The position numbers were made by a program, and so were the translations under genes. Positions 14,600 to 20,000 of a stretch of DNA of 20,000 bases are shown here, in pieces. Origin of the DNA: an uncultured virus (IMG/VR IMGVR_UViG_3300010885_062120) (Duplodnaviria > Heunggongvirae > Uroviricota > Caudoviricetes); IMG/VR virus record IMGVR_UViG_3300010885_062120; one strand, 5' to 3'. The notes below the pieces were generated by a model. The model did not search any database and was not told the origin of the DNA. It worked only from the letters and a program-made list of their open reading frames with translations. The first letter of the stretch is position 1. Each line of letters begins with the position of its first letter.

Positions 14600-15973
14600 T
14601 TAGTCTTCTATTACAGAATTGTAAAGAACAGAAGTCCTGTAAGCAACGGATTCCCAAGATGTTTTTCTTATAAAATCCAATCTTTTTGATAATTGTTTTT
14701 GAACATTTGAGTGATAATTACTAAAAATATCATCTATGGCAGCAAAAAGCTCATATTCATCTCTTCCCCTTGGAACAACACCTTCTAGATCATCAAATAA
14801 GTGAACGCCTGAAACAACCATAGGAGTGGATGTAGGCAATATTGTACGAGCTGCTCCTGATGATGCTCTTACATCATGTTCTGGATGATTATTATATGGT
14901 AAAACACAAACTTTCACTGTTCTAATTGTAGAGATTAAAACTTCTTCAGAAACAAATCCCCTATTGATAGTAACATTCTCTGTTATGTCTAAAAATTTAC
15001 ATTGATCAACAATCTTATTGTATAATTCATTATGCTCTTCCATGTTAAGCTTGTTTTCAGAACCTTGAATAATATAATGAACATCAGGGTATTTATTTTT
15101 CAAAGCCGCAACAACATTTAGCATTCGAAGGTGCCCTTTATATCCAAATAAAAATCCCGGCTGATAAATTGTATGTTCGCTCTGCCAGGTATTCCAAAGT
15201 GGGTCTAAAAGCTCAGGAGAATCACTGGTGCCCTTATAAAACTTGCTTCCATGAGGTATTACATGAATTCTTTCTTCTTCAATACCCTTTTTAACAAGAG
15301 TAACCTTGGCTTGCTCTGTGTGAACGATAAGATTTGGAACCGAAGATTCGCTCACAAGCTTGTCAATGTGCTCATAAACACTATGCATAGTAGAAATGAC
15401 TTTAAACCCTAGTTGCTTAAAGGTAGAAATAACTTGGGTAAAATAATATGCTTTATGCCAAATACCATATTCGTGTGAAAAATGAACAATATCAGGATTC
15501 CAAGAAGTAACACAATCTATTAAATCAGTTTTTGGATGATCATTTCTAGACCAGCATCTAATCAGCCAAGAAGGATCATCAGTTAATCTGCTAGATCTTT
15601 GCTCATCCGAATATTCTGCAAAAACCTTGATATCAACATGGTATTTTAATTCTGTGATAAGGGCTTCATTATAGGTAGCAATTCCACAGGCAGTTCCATA
15701 ATTGCCAATAAATGCAACTTTAATTTTCCCGTCAGATGCTGAATCATTAGAAAAATCAGCGCTCATTTTAGGACGGAATAGACCAATGATAAACCTTGGA
15801 ATAAATAAAAATATATCTACAATTGAAAATATAAATTTATCAAATATAGAACCATATCTATCAGAAATATAACCACAATGAAATTTATCAGTCTTATTCT
15901 TGATGGTTATATATAAGTAGGCTATCCAAATTAAAAATAAAAAAACTATTCCTGAAATTAAAAGACTTGACAT
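14600..15973 (-). CDS. GT4-family (GT-B) glycosyltransferase with N-terminal membrane anchor
   Basis: CGIATY, PDIVHFSHEYGI, STMHSV, IVHT, VIPHG, GFLFGYKG, VLPY and SGA...PMVVS match the GT4 mannosyltransferase-like subfamily. LLISGIVFLFLIWIAYLYI is a TM-like segment. Confidence 0.9.
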   Translation of the reverse strand: MSSLLISGIVFLFLIWIAYLYITIKNKTDKFHCGYISDRYGSIFDKFIFSIVDIFLFIPRFIIGLFRPKMSADFSNDSASDGKIKVAFIGNYGTACGIATYNEALITELKYHVDIKVFAEYSDEQRSSRLTDDPSWLIRCWSRNDHPKTDLIDCVTSWNPDIVHFSHEYGIWHKAYYFTQVISTFKQLGFKVISTMHSVYEHIDKLVSESSVPNLIVHTEQAKVTLVKKGIEEERIHVIPHGSKFYKGTSDSPELLDPLWNTWQSEHTIYQPGFLFGYKGHLRMLNVVAALKNKYPDVHYIIQGSENKLNMEEHNELYNKIVDQCKFLDITENVTINRGFVSEEVLISTIRTVKVCVLPYNNHPEHDVRASSGAARTILPTSTPMVVSGVHLFDDLEGVVPRGRDEYELFAAIDDIFSNYHSNVQKQLSKRLDFIRKTSWESVAYRTSVLYNSVIED

Positions 15974-17023
15974 TTATTTACTCCAGCTATTTACAAGCTT
16001 GCTCCACTCCAATTCAAAATCAACCCACTTCTGTGATCCAGAAAGTTTATAATTATTTAAATTATTTTTAAAATTTGAATTGTGTTCAGCATACCTTGTT
16101 GCTTCAATTAAACTTGGCCTGGTTAATCCTTTAAGGCTTACACCAGCCTGAACAATACCAACATCTTTTAAAAATTCTATATTTTTAGAATGATGAGTAA
16201 CATCTACCACCCTAATGCCATTAGCGACTGCAAAAGCTGTGGAATGATATCTTTGGCTAATTACTAAATCGCTATCCATTATAATTTTTACAATATTCTT
16301 CCAATTGGTTGGTTTAGATATCCAATTGATCTTTTGTTTATTTTTGCACAAACCAAAAATATATGCAGATATCAACCTATCATCAACGTCGGATGCAGTT
16401 TGACAAGGCACAAATTGAATATTCCAACCAAAAGTGGTTAACCAATCAAAATAAGATGCTAATTCGTGCGCTTTAGCTTGGCACTCTACCCAATTAGATA
16501 CATTTTCGTGATCAAATAAACCCTTTAGGGCATAAAAATTTAAAAATACATTTAATAATTTTTTATTTGTTTTATTTTTATTATCAACAATATTTTTAAA
16601 TGTTATATCAGGTAAAAAATTAGATTCAATTTCAACAGAAGATAATAAATCTACAGAGCTTTTATCTCTTACCCACCAATGTGCGTTTAAGCATTTTAAT
16701 TTATTCATGAAATCAATATTTTTTATTGCTTCACTGTAAATATTGACATTTAAAAATATAATTTTTTTATTATTTAATTTTTCTAAATTGTCTTCAGATA
16801 AAGCCCAGAATTTATTATCAATAATCCCACCGCCACCAATTACAATTATATCGTTGTCAAGGTGCGAATGATTTTTATAATTATATACTTTTAAATTCGC
16901 AGTATCAGAATAAACTCTTACTGTGTGCTTGCCACCAGAAGATAATACTTCTGACAAGCAATCAGCCATCATGTCATCACCAAAATTATTTTTGGCATAA
17001 TAGCCACAAAGAGCGATTTTCAT
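15974..17023 (-). CDS. Polysaccharide pyruvyl transferase family protein (CsaB/WcaK-like)
   Basis: GYYAKNNFGDD, VIGGGG, WVRDKSS, FLPD and DLVISQRYHS...A.ANG match all hallmark motifs (GYYG..N.GD, GGG, VRD..S, .D, .RLH). Confidence 0.9.
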   Translation of the reverse strand: MKIALCGYYAKNNFGDDMMADCLSEVLSSGGKHTVRVYSDTANLKVYNYKNHSHLDNDIIVIGGGGIIDNKFWALSEDNLEKLNNKKIIFLNVNIYSEAIKNIDFMNKLKCLNAHWWVRDKSSVDLLSSVEIESNFLPDITFKNIVDNKNKTNKKLLNVFLNFYALKGLFDHENVSNWVECQAKAHELASYFDWLTTFGWNIQFVPCQTASDVDDRLISAYIFGLCKNKQKINWISKPTNWKNIVKIIMDSDLVISQRYHSTAFAVANGIRVVDVTHHSKNIEFLKDVGIVQAGVSLKGLTRPSLIEATRYAEHNSNFKNNLNNYKLSGSQKWVDFELEWSKLVNSWSK

Positions 17024-17911
17024 TTACAGTATCAATCTACTAAATGGTTGCTCCTTGCGGAGGTTGCCTTCAAATTTGGAATATGCAGCTACTTTAACTG
17101 CATGGATAAGTGGGCCAATCTTTGGTATACCTAATTCATCTAATGTAACCCATCCTGGAGCATCCATTTCTGTTTCTTTGCTATCAGTACGGATTTCAAT
17201 GTCCATATCTGACATCACACATAGTTTTTGCATATTGTTGATTACTTGACAAGACTCTTGTTCTAGAATTTTAAAATCATAAATTCTATCTTGCAATATA
17301 GTTGTGGCTTCTGGATCTGATACAACCACAAATGGACAAGGAGACCAAAGAAGAGCTAAATCCCATCTGCCCATCACCCTGCTCAAATATGATACAGAAC
17401 CATCTCCAGGATTTGTTAATCCAGAATTTTCTGTTGTGGTAAGGAGCTTCTTAATTGCCTTGAGCTCAGAATCAATAGTCTCATGGTATTTTTTAAGCTC
17501 AGATGAAAGTAATTTATTCACTATTGTATAATTTCTTGCTTCAACTGCAAGTTGAAATTCGTGATAAATTTTTATATCTTCATCATTAAAACCATCGATA
17601 AAATCAAAAATGTTTTCATAAGTTTTTAATTCATGTGATTCATCTGGCTTATCCAAATTTGTAAGTGAGATTCCTTCACTTAAAACAACTAAATCCCAAG
17701 AGCCTTTCTTAGGATGGTCTAAAAATACAGTCAAATTGAAATCGTTTGCATCGTTATCGACAGGAACAATTTCAAATGGAAGCTTGCGATATGAATTAAT
17801 TAAATTTAAATTTTTTATTCTATTAGCAATATTTTGAGCCGCAGAAACTCTGGATGTATTATTGTCTATCCAAGACAGTAGTGATTCATATAATTTATTT
17901 TGATCAAGCAT
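17024..17911 (-). CDS. Hypothetical protein
   Basis: 295-aa ORF whose stop abuts the ATG of the pyruvyltransferase gene. No motif recognised. Confidence 0.75.
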   Translation of the reverse strand: MLDQNKLYESLLSWIDNNTSRVSAAQNIANRIKNLNLINSYRKLPFEIVPVDNDANDFNLTVFLDHPKKGSWDLVVLSEGISLTNLDKPDESHELKTYENIFDFIDGFNDEDIKIYHEFQLAVEARNYTIVNKLLSSELKKYHETIDSELKAIKKLLTTTENSGLTNPGDGSVSYLSRVMGRWDLALLWSPCPFVVVSDPEATTILQDRIYDFKILEQESCQVINNMQKLCVMSDMDIEIRTDSKETEMDAPGWVTLDELGIPKIGPLIHAVKVAAYSKFEGNLRKEQPFSRLIL

Positions 17912-17951
17912 TTTCTAATCTCAAGGTTTTGATAATTAAATTTATACATAA

Positions 17952-18629
17952 TCAATTTGTTCTATATTTGCCACTTTGTGAATTTAATATTAAATATCTT
18001 GAATAATTTGGATTTAGTAAATTTAAATTATTACATTCATTCTTTAAATAATGCTCTAACACAGTATGAGTATCTGCAGAAATGTTATATTTATTACATA
18101 TGTTATAATATTGGAAATAAATATTTTTTAATGTTGACATATCTTCTAATGATCCAGCAAAATAATTATCATCAAATATTCCACTTTGACCAATAACATC
18201 TAATCCTGAATCTGGTATTTTCATTTCTTCTAACCATTGTAAATCTGGTCTAGATAAAATTAATTTAGTATTTTTTGGTACTATTGAAAGCGCTTGAGAT
18301 CTGGTTCTCCACATGGAAATATTGTGATTTGTTGGAGCATGTTCATTGTTATTTTTTAATAAATTAGATAATTGATTGTCTTGATGCATTTCTTCGGGCG
18401 AATATTTTTTTATATATAAATTTAATAAATAATCTTTAAAAGAATATTCCCAAAGAGATTTAATATTTATATCTTTAGAGTAATCGTCAGTTGGCCAAAA
18501 TCCAATATGATCATAAGTAAATCCAATGACTTTGGCATCATTGGGAATACATAAATTTTTTTTTATTGAATCAGCACAAAGATCCAAATTTCTTGTATGA
18601 CCAACCAATAAAATTATATTATTATTCAT
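17952..18629 (-). CDS. Putative glycosyltransferase-like protein (GxxR...RPD family)
   Basis: IILLVGHTR, SMW, LILSRPDL, DDNYFAGS and terminal HTVLEHYL resemble the viral/bacterial family with pattern L.G..R...RxD...D.FA.G...E..L..YL that occurs in glycan clusters. Very AT-rich. Confidence 0.55.
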   Translation of the reverse strand: MNNNIILLVGHTRNLDLCADSIKKNLCIPNDAKVIGFTYDHIGFWPTDDYSKDINIKSLWEYSFKDYLLNLYIKKYSPEEMHQDNQLSNLLKNNNEHAPTNHNISMWRTRSQALSIVPKNTKLILSRPDLQWLEEMKIPDSGLDVIGQSGIFDDNYFAGSLEDMSTLKNIYFQYYNICNKYNISADTHTVLEHYLKNECNNLNLLNPNYSRYLILNSQSGKYRTN

Positions 18630-18653
18630 ATATTCTCAATTATAAATTGATAT

Positions 18654-18691
18654 AAAAAAATACCTCTTTCCCGAAGAAAAGAGGTATTTTT
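18654..18691 (-). terminator. Rho-independent terminator downstream of the major capsid gene
   Basis: The minus strand reads TACCTCTTT-TC-TTCG-GG-AAAGAGGTA-TTTTTTT: a perfect 9-bp stem extended by U-G and C-G, a cUUCGg tetraloop and a 7-U tail, about 20 nt after the MCP stop. A T5 run on the other side allows bidirectional use. Confidence 0.92.
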
Positions 18692-18710
18692 AATTTAAGC
18701 TAAATTAAAA

Positions 18711-19571
18711 TTAGCTAACGGTGATTCTACTAATCGCGTAATCATTGATTACAGCGAAGCCGAGCTCTTCGAAGATAACCCAGCCGAGGCGGAGTCTCTT
18801 TGGATCGTCTGCAGGGAGAACGGTGATGTCCTGGCGAACAGGCATAGCACCAACGAACTGTGCAGGAGCCATGACGTATACAGCATTCTTTGGAACCATG
18901 GTTGAAACATGGATGTCAGCGCTGTAAAGGTGGCCATAAAGACCTGTCATGAGGATATCACGTTGGGTTGCTTCATCGAAGAAGTCCTTGCCCCACACAC
19001 GAACATCCTTGTATCTTTGTGGATGCATAACGATCTTAGCACCGATAAGTTCGTGCTCTTCGATCAATGTCAACGCGAGGTTGATATTGTCTGGTTGAAG
19101 AGTGCCAGTTACGGAGATGCTGTGATCAGCTGGAACTGCAGCGTTGATTACGGAGAATACTTCAGTATCCTCTTGGCGCTGAAGGGAGTCCTTAGCACGG
19201 ACCTGTGCGCGGTCAACGATGTAGTATCTTCTTTGGCGGATTTCGTTCAACTTGATTGTTGGGTTGGAAGCGATCTCGATAACTGGAACGAGAAGTTCTT
19301 CTGCTTCAACAACGTGTGTTGGAACGGAACCACGCTTAGGGATAACAGCAGACTTAACTGCGATATCTCTTTCGTAGCGTGGAAGAGCGCCCTGTGGGAG
19401 CTCATCTACCATCAAAAGTTTGCGGCCAATAGCCTGGTACATAAGGGAAGTCTTGATTGGTTCAACCATAGCCTGTGCGAGAGCAACACGTCCTTCGGCT
19501 GTCTCGAGTGCTGCGGCGATAACAGCTTCCTTCTGCTCGTTTACGCTTCTTGCGTTCTTAACAATACTCAT
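18711..19571 (-). CDS. Major capsid protein, HK97 fold
   Basis: ALETAEGRVALAQAMVEPI...YQAIGRKLLMVDELPQGA.PRYERD, EIASNPTI, QEDTEVF, GLYGHLYSADI.VS and GWVIFEELGFAVIN match a large-phage HK97-type MCP family. Strong SD, C-ending codon bias and a downstream terminator indicate high expression. Confidence 0.88.
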   Translation of the reverse strand: MSIVKNARSVNEQKEAVIAAALETAEGRVALAQAMVEPIKTSLMYQAIGRKLLMVDELPQGALPRYERDIAVKSAVIPKRGSVPTHVVEAEELLVPVIEIASNPTIKLNEIRQRRYYIVDRAQVRAKDSLQRQEDTEVFSVINAAVPADHSISVTGTLQPDNINLALTLIEEHELIGAKIVMHPQRYKDVRVWGKDFFDEATQRDILMTGLYGHLYSADIHVSTMVPKNAVYVMAPAQFVGAMPVRQDITVLPADDPKRLRLGWVIFEELGFAVINDYAISRITVS

Positions 19572-19581
19572 TTTTTTAATA

Positions 19582-19589
19582 TCTCCTTA
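19582..19589 (-). promoter_or_regulatory. Strong Shine-Dalgarno site of the MCP gene (TAAGGAGA)
   Basis: The minus strand reads TAAGGAGATATTAAAAAAATG. Confidence 0.85.
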
Positions 19590-19623
19590 AGATATGTAAT
19601 TTGCGGTTATGTCAACCACCCTA

Positions 19624-20000
19624 TTAGATAAGGGTGATGTACAGAAGGCCCGCTGCTGAATCGTATCTATCAACCTTAGCAACAACAACACCAAAGTTGG
19701 TTGCAGAGCTAGTAACCTTAACAAGCTTGCCTGCATTGGTTGCGCCAGTTGCATAGGTTAAGAGGTCATTAGGACCCCATGCAGTGTAAGCTTGGTCTGC
19801 TGTTGTTGTTGAGTTGGAGTCGTTGGTTGCAAAGTTTACAAATTGGTCAGTTACAAATTGGCCTGGAGCTTGGTAAACACCAACGCCTCTGCGTGGACCC
19901 TGGTAACCAGTGGAACCACTTGTAAGGTCTGTTACGCCTGTGACGGTTTCGTCAAATGCAGCGTTGTCTGCGAGACCACGCTTTGCGCCAACAAACCAGC
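19624..20000 (-). CDS. 5'-truncated protein upstream of MCP, probable head decoration/cement protein (not in the ORF track)
   Basis: Open frame from the window edge: WFVGAKRGLADNAAFDETVTGV...GVGVYQAPGQFVTDQF...DLLTYATGATNAGKLVKV...VVVAKVDRYDSAAGLLYITLI, then TAA TAG. The G.F.TDQF motif, small-residue composition, MCP-like codon usage and position fit a decoration protein. Confidence 0.7.
   Translation of the reverse strand, partial: WFVGAKRGLADNAAFDETVTGVTDLTSGSTGYQGPRRGVGVYQAPGQFVTDQFVNFATNDSNSTTTADQAYTAWGPNDLLTYATGATNAGKLVKVTSSATNFGVVVAKVDRYDSAAGLLYITLI

Noticed and set aside
17055..18196. + strand ORFs 17055, 17304 and 17957
   Set aside because: Antisense shadows of the minus-strand operon.
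18711..19571. Encapsulin nanocompartment interpretation of the shell protein
   Set aside because: The neighbouring adaptor, tube, chaperone and decoration genes indicate a virion, and no cargo enzyme is seen.
18909..19631. 240-aa + strand ORF antisense to the MCP (also 18745..18927 and 18749..18937)
   Set aside because: A shadow of the GC-richer, codon-biased MCP gene. It has atypical Cys/Trp content and no recognisable motifs.
1..20000. Stop-codon reassignment, CRISPR arrays, tRNA genes, DGR repeats, introns or inteins
   Set aside because: Standard-code ORFs tile the window, with TAA, TAG and TGA all used as stops. Intergenic gaps are under about 85 nt, and no repeat-spacer arrays, cloverleafs, near-identical nucleotide repeats or intein motifs were seen by eye.

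Overview
AT-rich, gene-dense segment of a large tailed bacteriophage (Caudoviricetes-like) virion-assembly region, read in the standard genetic code. The + strand (1-14028) carries a partial double-zinc-ribbon protein, a degenerate PHP-domain protein, a Mu gp36/DUF1320-like head-tail adaptor, a probable tail terminator with a zinc-finger insertion, three apparently paralogous tail-tip/fibre-like proteins, and a duplicated tail-tube plus chaperone pair. No tape measure or sheath gene is visible in the window. The - strand (20000-14009) carries a partial probable head decoration gene and an HK97-type major capsid protein followed by a cUUCGg intrinsic terminator. Downstream is a lower-GC glycan cassette (putative glycosyltransferase, unknown gene, polysaccharide pyruvyltransferase, membrane-anchored GT4) and a small acidic protein with a repeated leader-like motif. 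Best candidates for new biology: a capsid-linked glycosylation/pyruvylation system, a two-tube/two-chaperone tail, a shared (K/R)xA leader or maturation signal, and an AGGT-N16-TAGAAA promoter motif. All family assignments come from visual motif recognition, not database searches.
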